The notes under the pieces were generated by a model. It was not told the origin of the DNA. It ran no database searches and worked only from the letters and a program-made list of their open reading frames with translations. Positions 12,081 to 25,460 of a stretch of 64,000 bases of DNA are shown in pieces. Positions within the stretch are counted from its first letter, which is position 1. Each line of letters opens with the position of its first letter. The stretch comes from Glaucostegus cemiculus (taxonomy: Eukaryota). The DNA is taken from assembly GCA_976551045.1 (NCBI GenBank), contig CDPCPM010000106.1, positions 25,916,001-25,980,000 on the forward strand, written 5' to 3'. The translations under genes and the position numbers were made by a program.

Positions 12081-13829
12081 AAATGTGGATCTGGATATGG
12101 CTGGCAAACCCTGTATTGAGTCCAAAGGTAGTGGTGTGATAGATTTCTAAATCAATATGATATGTGAATTGGAAGGGAATCTACAGATGGAGGCTCAGGA
12201 TGTTGTCATAGTAACCTGGGTGTGAAACTGCAGTGCTTTTATAGATGTTACATATTGCTATGCCTGTGTGCTAGTGGTGACGACAATGAATATTCAAAGT
12301 GGTTGATACAGTTTCAGTCAAGTTGGTGGGTTTGTTTTGAGCTTCTTGAGAGTTGACAGCTGTTCTCATTCATTCTTTATGAATGGAGCTGACAATGGTC
12401 TCAACAGATGAATGGCTTTTTGTGCTATGAACATCCTGTGATTAATTTATCCAAGATCATTCTTTCATGTGAAGCACAAAAAGAAAAGATATAGTCATTT
12501 AAACGATGAGCATTCTTTGAATGTTTTGCCATGGGTTATTTGGTCAACTTGGAATTGCGAGTATTTTATGTTCAGGAATATTTTAAAGTGGAAAAGATAT
12601 TGATTTATATTGAGTACTTTAAGTGTTCTTTAAAAATCACTACGACATAAGTTATGATTCCATCCTCAAACTGTGGAGCGATACCTTGCTTAATCATTGT
12701 AAACACTAATGCACTAATTCTTTCCTTTTTATTTTTAATATAGTCTAAACTTGTTACTTATATGATTGAGCATAACTAGAAAATATAATAATTAATGTCT
12801 TCACATGACCACTTCATCCCTGGTCATTGTCTCTCGTTGAACGTGGTTGTAGTTGTATCCTATTCATCCTTCAACTGAGCTTCTCCTATTCTCCAAGATG
12901 AATTTCCCACCCCTGTGTTGGCCTAACTGTCAGAAATAGTCTTTCGTACATTTGTCACTAAAGGATGCCTTTCCAATATCCTGGTTTTATTGATCCATGA
13001 ACTTCTGCAATATGTTCATATCCATCCTGCATATACTTTCCATGCTTACCAGCATTGGGTACCCATCTTCCAATACCTAAAATTTGAGAATAGTCATTTG
13101 CCTTGCACTATTATTTTCATTTAATCTATCCTGCCTTGTGCTCTCTTCCCCCTGCCACCCCTGCAGCTTAAAGCTTGTTCCCTCTCAACTTTCCCAACTA
13201 TAGACTGAAATTATTAACTTTATCTCTCCTCAGCTGTTGCCTGATGTGCCAAATATTTCCATATTTTCTGTTTTTATTTTAGAAATCCAGCATTTAAGAA
13301 GACAAAATTAGATAGATATAGCTAGGCATAAAAAGATAGATGGGAAAGCAAGCTGTGCAAAGGACCCAGAGTATGCAAAAGGATATGGGATGGATGAATG
13401 GGTAAAAGTATGGCCATGAGCTTGCTCTATCATTTAATAAGATCATGACTGATCAAATCTCATCCTCTAATTTCCTAACTGATACCCATCAACTTTAATT
13501 TGTTTGTCCAAGTATTTACTTACTTCAGCCTCATGTTCAATAAAATCATCTTGTCTAAATTCCAATAAATCTAGGCCCAACCTGCTCAATTATTCTTCAT
13601 GAAGTAACCCTTCATCCTAGTGAACCTTCTCTGAACTGTCTATAATGCACATAAATTCCTCCTTAAATAAGGAAACCAAAATTGTATGCCTACTCCAGGT
13701 ACTGTCTTGCCAATACTCTGTATAATTTTAGCAAGACTTGCTTGTTTTTGCAATCCATATTTCATATATGTGGATAGCTTGAAGCCACTCTCTCCCCCCC
13801 CCCCCCCCCAACTCACTTTGCCCCTAAAC

Positions 13830-14745
13830 AACAGCATTCTGTACACAAGAGAATAGGAGCAGGAGTAAGCCACCTGACTCCTTGAGAATCTGGTACTCAT
13901 TTTAACCATGGCTAATTTGGCCCAATCTCAACTTCTGTGCCAGATCAGCATAGCCCTCAAATTCCCAATCTCTCAACAATTTGCGTACCTTTTTAAATAC
14001 TCCAGTATTGTAGCATCCGTAACCATCTGAATTAGAGAGTTCAAGGTTGATCAACCTCTGCAAGAAGAAATTCCTATACAGTTTGGCTTTTAAATGTCTG
14101 CTTCCCCCTTTATCTTGTAGCTTTGTCCCCTTGTTCAAAGCTCGTTTAATGGAAGCATCTTAACACCTATAGTTGGGATCTTGTATATTCCAACATGCTC
14201 ATCTTTCATTCTTCTAAATCCAAAGTATATGAATCTAACATTTTTAGCCATTCCCATCCCAGGAATTAGCCTAGTGAATTTCTTCTGGATTATCTCCAAT
14301 GCTATTATATCCTTGCTTAAAATTTCAAGGGGACCAAACTTCTACACAATATTCCAGATGCTTCCACACCAATATCCTGTACAATTGTAACAATACTCTA
14401 TTTCTAAACTCTAACCTCCTTTCAATAAAGGTCATTATGCCATTTGCCTTTCTAATTACTTGCTTCAGCCTCATACTAACTTGGTGTTTAATGCACAAGA
14501 ACACTTGGATCTCTTGGTATTCCACTAATTTGCACTTTGTGTTTAGATAATAATTTGTCTTTTGATTCCTCCTACCTTGCACTTTCTAACCTCCCTTTCC
14601 AAGCTTTCACCCGATCATTCAACCTTTACCCATATTCACTTTGCAGCGTGCCCTCCTGTCTTTTTTTGTCATCAGCAAACTAGGATACCTTGCACTCTGC
14701 TTCCTCCTTCAGGTCATTAATATAGATAATAAATAATGGAAGCCC
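13830..14745 (-). mobile_element. Degenerate CR1 LINE 3' portion
   Basis: ORFs read QVIRKANGIMTFIERRLEFRNRVLLQLYRILVWKHLEYCVEVWSP and RNFFLQRLINL. Confidence 0.75.
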
Positions 14746-15250
14746 TTCTGGATACTGAAATAGACAGGTTCTCTTCTGCTTGTTACATTATCAAAGAACT
14801 CTAGAAAATATCTCAAATGTGATTTTCTTTTTGTTCCTTTCACAAATTGACTTGGTTTGATTGCATTAAGGTTTCTGTTAATGATTATCCATCCTGTTTC
14901 ATTTAATTTCTACTTTTGTTTCAAATCAAAAGTTTTTTTCAGTTTAATGCCTTTTGCTTCCTATGGTGCCCTTAGTTAATTAATGACAGGAGTGGACTCT
15001 TTAAGAGTTTATATGGTTTTATATCTCTCAAAGTAATTCAAACAATCTTCTATTTGTGTAATTTATCCTTTAGCAGTTCAGTCCCAGATACAGGAGTCAG
15101 ATTGTATCAATTCTTGAAAATTTTCCTTACTTGGGATACAAACTACATTTTCAAATTTTAAATGTGGGCACTTTTACCCACATAAAGAATTTTTAAATAA
15201 AAAACATTTAAAATAAAAAAAATTAAATAAAAAAATTAAATAAAGAAAAA

Positions 15251-15666
15251 AAATTAAATAAAGAAATTAAATAAAGAAATTAAATAAAGAAATTAAATAA
15301 AGAAATTAAATAAAGAAATTAAATAAAGAAATTAAATAAAGAAATTAAATAAAGAAATTAAATAAAGAAATTAAATAAAGAAATTAAATAAAGAAATTAA
15401 ATAAAGAAATTAAATAAAGAAATTAAATAAAGAAATTAAATAAAGAAATTAAATTAAGAAATTAAATTAAGAAATTAAATTAAGAAATTAAATTAAGAAA
15501 TTAAATTAAGAAATTAAATTAAGAAATTAAATTAAGAAATTAAATTAAGAAATTAAATTAAGAAATTAAATTAAGAAATTAAATTAAGAAATTAAATTAA
15601 GAAATTAAATTAAGAAATTAAATTAAGAAATTAAATTAAGAAATTAAATTAAGAAATTAAATTAAG
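15251..15666. repeat. 13-bp minisatellite with 32 units in TMEM50A intron 1
   Basis: (AAATTAAATAAAG)x15 at 15251-15445, then (AAATTAAATTAAG)x17 at 15446-15666, with degenerate A-rich flanks. Confidence 0.95.
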
Positions 15667-16160
15667 AAATAAATAAATTAAATAAAAAAATTAAATATTT
15701 AAATAAAAAAAATTTTAGAAGGATACATTTTGGAGAAATCTTGGAAGTTATCTACCCAGGTAGTTAAAGGGGAAAAGGTTTGTATTTATTTGAATAGAAG
15801 AGAAGCTTGCTATTCTACTTTGAGCAGAGAAGGCTAAGAGAAGATTTGGCATGGGATTAAAATCATGAGGAGTTTAATAGAGTAAATGAGAAGCTGTGTC
15901 TGCTGGGGAGAGGTCACTGTTGAGAGCACAGATTTAAAATTCAGAGCCAGAAGTTATGACAAGGAAAACAACCTACCTTAAGGTAATAAAGGTGTGGAAT
16001 GTAGAATGCTGACTATATTCTAGCAGTTGCCCCCAAGAACAAATTGAGTAAATGCTTAAAGGAACATTAAGCATTCAAAGCATATAAGGAAAGAGCAGAA
16101 CAATATTGTTTAGCAAAGCCAGTACAAACATTGAGCTGCTACTTACTTCTGAATCTATAA

Positions 16161-16355
<195 letters not shown>

Positions 16356-17639
16356 TGATAAGATGACTGTAGTAGTATTTTGTAAAAGATTAGATTTATA
16401 AAAAATTATGCAACTGATGATAATGGCACTATAACAAAGTTCTAGTGTATCTTGGATCTCAGAAGTTGCCTGCTTAATCCAAATAGCACTGATTCTGATG
16501 AAAGATCATGAACTTGAAATATTAATTGATTCTCTCTTCACAGATACTGTGTGAGCTGTTAAGTATTTCTAATATATTCTGGTTTTGCTTGAGGTTTCTA
16601 CCATATGCAGATTTTAGCTTTTAAACACCTTTTAAAATTATTTTTCTCCACTAAATAGTACCTATATCAATCAAGCTACATTATGGGTTCCATTTAAGAA
16701 GAGCACCGTGTAAAGCATGAGCTAGTTGCTGAATTAGTTCAGAGTCCAGCATGCTGAATGTAAACTATTTATCTATATGTGTTGTGACTGTGAACTGAAT
16801 CACTGGAGAGATACTGAAACTGGTTGATATAAGAAGTCTTTGTTCATCACAAATGCAAAGTACATCAAGTTTTTATGCTCAAGAACAATAACAGCAGGTG
16901 CTTCAATACAGTTTCAATAGCTATGATGACATTGTCAGATACAAAATATTGAAGTAAACAAAAGGGTTTCATTGATGTACATATTTACAGTGGGAGCATA
17001 TAGTAACTGACAAGATGCCTATGAAGATTCAAACACCTTTGGGGCAAAGTAATTCATATGGGTGGTCTAAAAGGTTCTGCGGACAGAGAACCCAGACACC
17101 CAAAATTACTGTTGTAGGGCTGACTCTCTCAGTACACAAATATCCCAATTATTGATGGAGCAGGTATGCCTGTGACTGTGTTTGTGCTAAGTGACAAAAT
17201 CAGTCTGGTCTGGAAGCTTCCTTAATCTCAGTCTCAATGGTGCAAAATAATTTAGCCAATGTTGCCTGGTTTGATGTAGGCTAATTAACATACTCCATTA
17301 TCTTGCATTTGGCTGATGCATACAAGAACATCTCATGGTTGCATCAGTTTGCAAATCATATCTCTTGAGCAGCCAGTCCCTAGTTGTGGGCCAGTCGCCT
17401 GTTCTCTGTAGATGGTACTGTTTGTTTAGAAAGCTGCCCTTTTAATTTCAAACTTTTAATTTTTGCTTGCAATTTGTATTAAGAACTAAAGACTGGTTCT
17501 CTTTTGAATTAATGCAGGCTATATTTGCATAATTCCATAACTCCTGAATCCCTAACAACATGTAAATAAATATACCCTTTTTATTCCCATCTTTGCTCTC
17601 CAAGCAAGCACAGTAATGCAACAGGTACTGCATTTATCT

Positions 17640-17830
17640 TGTTACTCCAGCAACCCAAGGTCAATCCTGAGTTCTGCTGCTGTCCATGTGGAGTTTGCAC
17701 ATTCTCCTTTGTGACTGCATAGGTTTCTCTGGGTGCTCTGGTATCTTCCCACACCCCAAAAATATGCTGGCTGTTGGCTACTGTAAACTGCTAGTGTAGA
17801 TGGATGGTAGCCAGCATGAACTGAATGAGC
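17640..17830 (+). mobile_element. tRNA-derived SINE relic (V-SINE-like)
   Basis: gctgtccatgtggagtttgcacattctcc..gtgactgcataggtttctctgggtgctctggtatcttcccacaccccaaa. A related fragment lies at 28750-28905. Confidence 0.6.
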
Positions 17831-18334
17831 TGAGTGCCTTCTACATCAAAGAAAATATGATGTAGGAGGCACTCAGCTTATTCCCACCCCCCCCCCCCCC
17901 ACACCCCCTCTTTAGCTCAAAGCATTAGCCTTTTACAATTGGATTATGGGGTCTTCTGGTCCTTCATTCAAGCTGATGACAATTTGAATTTGCGGTGTTA
18001 ATAACCAAGCATAATCTCATCCTTGCACGCCATTAGATGAAGTATGTATCTGACTGGGAATCTAGGCTGATTATCCCAAATTTGGACTGAGGCAAATTAG
18101 TGTTATTACTGCCTTGGCTTTGAGCATTTAATGTCACGGGGGTGAGACTGAATTGGGGAACAACTCAGTTGGTATTGCTTTCCTTGCTGATTTTGGGTGA
18201 ATTTTTTTTGTGCCTTTTTATTCTGATATTTTTACAATTATTTTGTATCCTTGAACTGTCAGACACTAATGTGAGTTAGAGAAAATGAATTCTATATTTA
18301 CTAACACAATTTTAAAGGATTTGGTGCCTTTTAG

Positions 18335-18448
<114 letters not shown>

Positions 18449-19307
18449 TAAGTAGAGATGAATTTTAGCAATGAGATTTGTATTTGCTTACTGGGCTTTG
18501 AATATGTCAATGCCTCCCATATCGATATTTGTGTCCCCTGTAACTTAGTTTGAACTCCATCCATGACTGCTCTCCTGCCCCAAACCAGATGTCTTGAAAC
18601 CTCATTGACCAGTTTTTAGAAATTCTCTGATGTCACTTTCTGTATGATTGTGGGATTTTTTTGCTGGTGTAAATCTTCTTGTATTTCTTCTGTAAATAAA
18701 AAGAACATGGTTTAGTCTGACTGTTGCATTGTTATAGCTGGGTTCATCTGATCCAACTAAATGAAGCAGCATTTTCACTGTAGATTTAATTCATTAGAGA
18801 TGTCTTGTTTTTTTGAGCACGAGCCAGCCCACTATACAAATACACCCTATTTGCCAATCTCATTCTTTGGAAACTATAAATCCTTGTTTTTTGGGCAACT
18901 TGGACCTCTGACCAATTTCAAGTCTTTAAACTGCCTCTGACTTTTAAACTTTTCTTGAGTCTCAATGAGCTGATCAGAGCATTCAGTCATTTATGAATTA
19001 TTTCACAAGCCATTATTCATTGCTGTGTTTTTTCTTTTATGTTGAAGTTTCCTTTCGGACAGCACAGTTCCTGGGATTGCAGAAACCTTAGCTATCTGCT
19101 TTGTTCACACAACATGGGTGTTGAATTGTTTTCTTATCTGCCTAAGGGAAATAGTAGCAAATTGGAATTAAAAACAGAAAATACCAGAAACATTCAACAG
19201 GTCAGACAGCATGTGTTTTTCTCTCCACATGTGCTCCCTGACCTGCTGTGTGTTTCTGGCATTTTCTGCTTTTTTCAGTTTTTTGTTTCAGTTACAACAA
19301 TAAATAA

Positions 19308-19463
<156 letters not shown>

Positions 19464-19829
19464 TAACTGCTTGTTTCTGGTTAACTCTAGTTCTTCTGGA
19501 CCTTTTTGTCATTTTGTTTTTATTCTGATTGGATGTTATAATTCCCTTCTAAACAAGATTTCCTTTAACAGAATCAGTTTTCGTATATAAAAAGATGTAT
19601 TTTATATAATGACTTTTCTCAACTGCACACCAAAACGGCACAACAAAACACTAATAGTACCTTCTGTGATTATAACAAAGGTAATCCATCTCTTCTCACC
19701 TTCCTTAACCCGCTTGCAGCTTTTGACATACTTGCCTAAACAATCCACTTTCAGCATCTCTCTATGCTTATCTCTCTGGCAGGACCATCCTTGCCTGGTT
19801 CCATTCTTGACAACTTAGTTACAGCTAGA

Positions 19830-20130
19830 GAATCACATGCTAGCATTTCTCTTCCTTGCAACATTGCTTCTGTGCCTTCCAAGTATCTCTCTTGACATCC
19901 CCACCCAAATTCTTATCTGCACGCTGCCCTCATCTGAAAACAATGTAAAGGTCCACGTGTGTAGATGACATCCAACACCAGAAGAGGAAAGATCGCCAGT
20001 AGCAAATATTTGGAAGACCAGAGCCATCATCATCTTCCAGTGAACTGCTGGCCTTCAGCCAAACCCCAAACCTCTCAAATCTCTTCACGGAATCCCTCCT
20101 ACAAGCTTTTGATTGTCTTTGCTCCATTAA
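19830..20130 (-). mobile_element. Possible RTE-type LINE 3' relic
   Basis: The degenerate KACRRDSVK...W translation resembles the RTE C-terminus. Heavily decayed. Confidence 0.3.
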
Positions 20131-20159
20131 ATGTGCTATTAAGAGGGTGGATTTGAAAT

Positions 20160-20430
20160 GTGTTGCTATTCCATCATGAAGCAGCCATTATGTACATGGA
20201 AAACTCCCAGAAACAGCAATGTGATAATGCCCAAACTATTTCAGTGATGTTAATTGACCCATACCCAGGGATAATCATACTTGGTGATGTGGGATATTTA
20301 TGATTGAGGTTCTTTTTTTGATTTCTCATTTGAAAGATAACACCTCCAATGGTGGAGCACTCCGTCAATACTCCACAGGAGTAGCAGTGTCAAGAGAGAT
20401 TGAGCCCAAAAGCTGATTGGGAGGACAATC
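20160..20430 (-). mobile_element. Deu-domain SINE relic (SacSINE1-like)
   Basis: Reverse strand reads gtattgacggagtgctccaccattggaggtgttatctttcaaatgaga...cattatcacattgctgtttctgggag. Related copies at about 44280-44620 (+) and 60830-61020 (-). Confidence 0.55.
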
Positions 20431-20737
20431 TCCTAACCAGCTCAAGAATATAATTACATCTATAACCTGCACACCAGTTTTTTTTCCCATGGTTTACCTT
20501 TTGAATTAATTAAAACAACATATTCAAATACTATTGATCAAATAATTCCTCTCAAGATTACATAACACTCATTACTTATGACTTCACTAGTAGACAATCA
20601 TTAAAATAATGTCAATCTTATGTACTACTTGGAACATTTCTGAAGATAACATTTTTAAAGAAGTTACTATCATTTAATCAAACATGGATAATTTTGTTGT
20701 AAATATTATGCTACCGTACCTTCACGTAGTAATTTGA

Positions 20738-20893
<156 letters not shown>

Positions 20894-22159
20894 TAAAACT
20901 GAAACAGAAATAATTGGCTATGATTAATTGCTTCCTGTGTCCATGCCTTCTAAAGATTAAAAAGAAATTAAGAAAAACATGTATTGCCAAGAAATGCTTA
21001 CTGTTTCATTTTTGGATTAAACTTGGATTAGATTTTTGAGGTTGAAGTTTGTGTGGCTTGTTTGTCTAATGTGATCATAGCTGATCTTTTGGCACCACTT
21101 TTCTGTATGAAACTATATCCCTTGATTTCCCCTAACACTTTATTAATTTTGAATACTTCAGTGAACAAACCTCATAAATACATTTATGCAGTTGAGGGCA
21201 TTATTCTTGAGTACATGTTATCTTTGCTGATATTTAGCATCTGTTGTGAGAGACAGTCAAGTTTGTTCACTGGTTTGTTTGAGCACATGCAAGGAAGTCA
21301 CTTAGATACAGAGTTCAGGATAACTGAACCATCATAACTCATAGTGACCATTTGTACCCTAGGCTTAATTGCACATGACCTGCATTATTAAATTTTAAGG
21401 ACACATATCTAAGATGAATCTTTTCTTGACCAGTTAACTGTTACTTTTGGCTAACCAGAGATAAAATTCCCACTCAGAATGTTGATTGTAACAAAACATC
21501 CATTTGATCAGTGTTACATATCTTCAAAGGTCATTTTTAACAAGCTACATATTATTAGATGACATATTTCCTATAATGACCAGATGTTCCTAAAGCCATC
21601 ACCTACATTTCTAGAGTTTACTTTCTTTAGAGGTTCCTTATGTTTTCTAAAACATTTAGTGTGGAGCCAGCAGGTCAGTTAAGTTCTTGCTTATCGTTTG
21701 TTCCTGAATACAATTACAGAAATGGGGTCTAATAGGGCTATTTAATAAGACTGCCCTGAGAAACTCCTGCAGTGATAATCAGTCTGGATCCAGGATAACT
21801 TCCACCACCACAACCATCTTCCTTTGTATGACCCCAGCCATGGGAGTGTTCTCCCCTCAATGCCCATTGACTTCAATTTTGCCAGAGATCTTTGATGTTC
21901 TACTCTGTCATTTGCTGTCTCTGTCAAAGGCAGTTACTGTTACCTTGCCTGGAATTTGGTCCACGTTTGTATGAAAGGCTGTGATGAGGTCTGGAGCTAA
22001 ATGGTCCTGGCAAAATCCAAAGTGGGTATCCATGAGCAGTTTATTGCCGAGTAATTGCAGCTTCATAGCTTTGCCAGTGACACCTTCCATCATTTTGATG
22101 AGTCATAGCTTGCAAAAGGGAATTTGACAAATATTTAAAGGTTTGAAAAAAAAACTGCA

Positions 22160-22626
22160 ATGATTCCTGGTATGAAAGGGCTTACCTATGATGAGCGTTT
22201 ATCGGCTCTTGGACTGTACTCATTGGAGTACAGAAGAATGAGGGGGGACCTCATAGAAGTGTTTAGAATGTTGAAAGGAATGGATAGAGTAGATGTGGAT
22301 AGGCTGTTTCCCTTGGTGGGTGAGTCCAAGACTAGAGGGCACAGACTTAGAATCAGAGGGAACCAGTTTAAAACAGAGATGAGGAGAAATTACTTTAGTC
22401 AGAGGGTGGTGGAATTGTGGAATTCTCTGCCACATACAGCTGTAGAGGCTCAGTCAGTGGGGGCATTTAAAGGGGAGTTGGATAGGTACCTAATTAATCA
22501 AGGTATCAAGGGATATGGGGATAAGGCTGGAAATTGGAGATAGCTATGTTATCTTTTCTCTTCTCATGGAGCAGACTTGAAGGGCTGAATGGCCTACTTC
22601 TGCTCCCTTGTCTTGTGATCTTGTGA
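22160..22626 (+). mobile_element. Young 5'-truncated CR1 LINE
   Basis: Open 127-aa ORF2 C-terminus (MIPGMKGLTYDERLSALGLYSLEYRRMRGDLIEV...RNYFSQRVVELWNSLP), then a 3' UTR ending in (TCTTGTGA)2. Confidence 0.9.
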
Positions 22627-22850
22627 GGGGTAAAGGTGGATGGAATGAGACTGACAATTGCTGTGTAGAGTTGCTGTTGACTGAATGGGCCAAATCCTCA
22701 ACCTCCTAGTACTAATGACTACATTATAAACAATGCTAGTATTCAATTGAGCTATATAAGTGGGTGTTCTGTTTTATTTCTGTCTGTTTTTAATACAGTC
22801 AATTTGCATTTTTATTATACAAAAGAAATTATTTATTTTTCTCTTTTTAG

Positions 22851-22911
22851 AAAAGCCTGATGTTTACCCTGGTATAGCTGTCTTCTTCCAAAATGCATTT
22901 ATCTTCTTTGG
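22851..22911 (+). CDS. TMEM50A: TMEM50A coding exon 5
   Basis: ctctttttag|(Q)KPDVYPGIAVFFQNAFIFF(G)|gtaagt; 61 nt. Confidence 0.95.
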
Positions 22912-22957
22912 GTAAGTAGAAGAGGAGACTAGAAGTCTGCATGAGACCTGTTCCCAA

Positions 22958-23380
22958 AGAACCATAGAAAACTACAGCACAAAAAAACAAACCATTCAGC
23001 TCTTCTAGTCTGTGCCAAAACTTCTGCTAGTCCCATTTACCTGTTCCCAGCCCATAACCCTCCAGACCTCTCTCGTCCATGTATCTATCCAATTTACTTT
23101 TAAAGGTTAAGAGTGAGCCTGCATTTACTACATCAGATGGCAGCCCGTTCCACACTCCCACCACTCTTTGAGTGAAAAAGTTCCCCCTAAAGCTTTCCCC
23201 TTTCACCCTAAAGCCATGTCCCTTCGTACTTATCTCTCCTAATCTAGGTGAAAAGAGCCTACTTGTATTAACTCTGTCTATGCCCCTCATTGTTTTGTAA
23301 GCCTCTATCAAATCTCCCCATATTCTTCTCTGCTCTAAGGGATAAAATCCTAACCTGCTCAATCTCTCCCTGTAACTCAA
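22958..23380 (-). mobile_element. 5'-truncated CR1 LINE
   Basis: ORF reads SYRERLSRLGFYPLEQRRIWGDLIEAYK...GNFFTQRVVGVWNGLP. CR1 3' UTR with a TTCTATGG-type tail. Confidence 0.9.
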
Positions 23381-23484
23381 AGCTTCTATGAACTATACAT
23401 TAATCCTAAGTGATTGAAATACAGAATTGCCTTTCAGTTATTACACTGAAATTCTAACTTTTTCATGATCTTGTTTTGTTGCAG

Positions 23485-23530
23485 GGGTCTAGTCTTCAAG
23501 TTTGGGCGCACAGAGGATCTGTGGCAGTAA
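23485..23530 (+). CDS. TMEM50A: TMEM50A last coding exon
   Basis: ttgcag|GLVFKFGRTEDLWQ*. The six exons total 480 nt, giving 159 aa plus stop. The TEDLWQ end, NGQVRGD and FGGYV fit TMEM50A rather than TMEM50B. Confidence 0.95.
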
Positions 23531-25460
23531 ATATCCAAGAAATGCAGTATATTTGAACACTTACATTATCCTGTAACTGTCTTCCTATATTTGTTCGAAT
23601 TTTCTTTCTCATTGAGTTTACATACCATAACTCTACAAATTACCCTTAAATCTGTCACATATTTGACTTTGTAATAGAAATATAGCTTGCTTTTAAAGGT
23701 GCATTATCAGGATAGATGATATAATTGAAAGATGAAGTTGGAACAGAATTCAAAATTATTGCAGATTGAAGCATAGCATGAACCTTTAAAAATGGATGGG
23801 AATTTCCTGGCAAGCTTAGTTGGTAAGTTGCACCCCAGTTTTACTGGTTTTCATACTAATCCTCCTGCTGCAATCTTTCATATTTTCCTCAGAAATTGTT
23901 CTTTCTAATACACTCATAGAAGTTGGTAGAGGTGTAACCAAGGATATGTCACAAAGCTGCTTAACAATTGGGAATGCCTCGTGGAGCTGCTTTGCAATTT
24001 TGAATAAATTGAGTGGAAACCAGGACCTTGAGTCAGTAAAGTGGAGATAAGCAGAAGAAAACAGTGAGCTAAGGTGGGAACAAGTTCTTGAATGGGGAAA
24101 CCAAGTTATGAATAGTCTTGCCTGGCTAAGAGTCACGTAAGTCATGAAGAAGGCTGTTGTGATTGACATCAGGCCCACTAGCACTGGGATTTCTTGGCTT
24201 AACCAGGTATCACAAGAAGACCATCATGAAGCTAGGTAGCTTGTACTTCAATTGTTTCAAATTGGAGAGAGTTTCAACTCTTCAAAAGGTATGAATGGTT
24301 ATGCCACATAATATTTTCCTCCTGATTTTTGGACTGAAAAACCACATTATGACATAAATAGATCATATTTGTTATGATGGAGACTTGCAGGAAATTCTCA
24401 TCCAATGTATTTTAAATGTAGATGACTTCTGTATATAAAAGAATAATTTGTACTGCACTTTGCATGATGTTTTAGTGCTCTGCAATTAAATATTTTTGCA
24501 ATCCAGTCACCATTGCTGTATGTTTATCTATTAACCAAGGTTCCATAAATAATGAGTGAAAATTTTGCATTTTTCAACTTATGTTGAAACTGATGTGCTG
24601 ATCATCTGCACCATCTTTGATATTGCAAAGATGTCATAAGTTGTAGAGAATCCTGATAAATGCCTCATTAACTTTAGTTCTGTCTCGGTCTCCCTCATTT
24701 CCCAGTTGCTTAAATCCATTTATGAATTCAGTATAAAGCAAATAGCAATGGAATTTAGTTAAGTAACAGAACAATTGAGTTGAATGGAGATGTGGTTGGT
24801 TTTGTATTACAATACTGTATATTATTATTAAATGACTGTGTCTAAATAGGTATTTGTTGAAGACAGCACTGGGGATTGAATAAGCAGTGTTGACATCCTT
24901 CAGACTGCAGCCACTTAAACAAGACTTGCAAATAAACAAAGTTGGCAGTCTTGTCCACTATTAGCCATGATGAAAAAAAATAAAATTCTGGAAGTGGTCA
25001 GCAGGTTGAGCAACATCAGTGGGGATAGATAAAGAGCCGCATTCAAGCCCAGGCCCCCTGTCTTTGTTTCCAATTTCCAGCAATCTGCACTTTTTTTTAT
25101 GCTCTATTTAGCCATGATCCTGATTATTGTGCAGTGGGTAGGTATTTAGTCACTTTGCTATCCAGTTCCATTTCTCACTTTAAAAACTATTGCAAAAGAT
25201 TAGCCATGCTGCTTTTTTGTAATATTCCTCTTTTGTACATAATTTAGTTTTGCACAGAAATGCAATGCAAACTTAAGTTTAATGCAATTATCAATGACCT
25301 TTCTATTGGCAAGTTATCATGAAGCTGAATTATGTATTTTAATGACTTGCTATTTTGTGTAATTGATATTTAATTTGTGTTGATGTATACATGCTGTGTA
25401 ACAGTTACTGAGTATTGTTAAAAATCAGTTCAATTAAAGCCAAATTTCAAAGCTCTTGTG
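23531..25460 (+). other. TMEM50A: Probable TMEM50A 3' UTR with two candidate ATTAAA polyA signals (about 24485 and 25433)
   Basis: U-rich, TGTA-rich sequence precedes each ATTAAA. The transcript end is inferred. Confidence 0.45.

Noticed and set aside
15251-15666. Regular repeat array as a possible CRISPR
   Set aside because: There are no unique spacers and no cas genes, and it lies in a eukaryotic intron. It is a simple minisatellite.
23816-24184. ORFs of 122 aa (-) and 76 aa (+) just after the TMEM50A stop
   Set aside because: They lie in the probable 3' UTR and lack family motifs and splice support.
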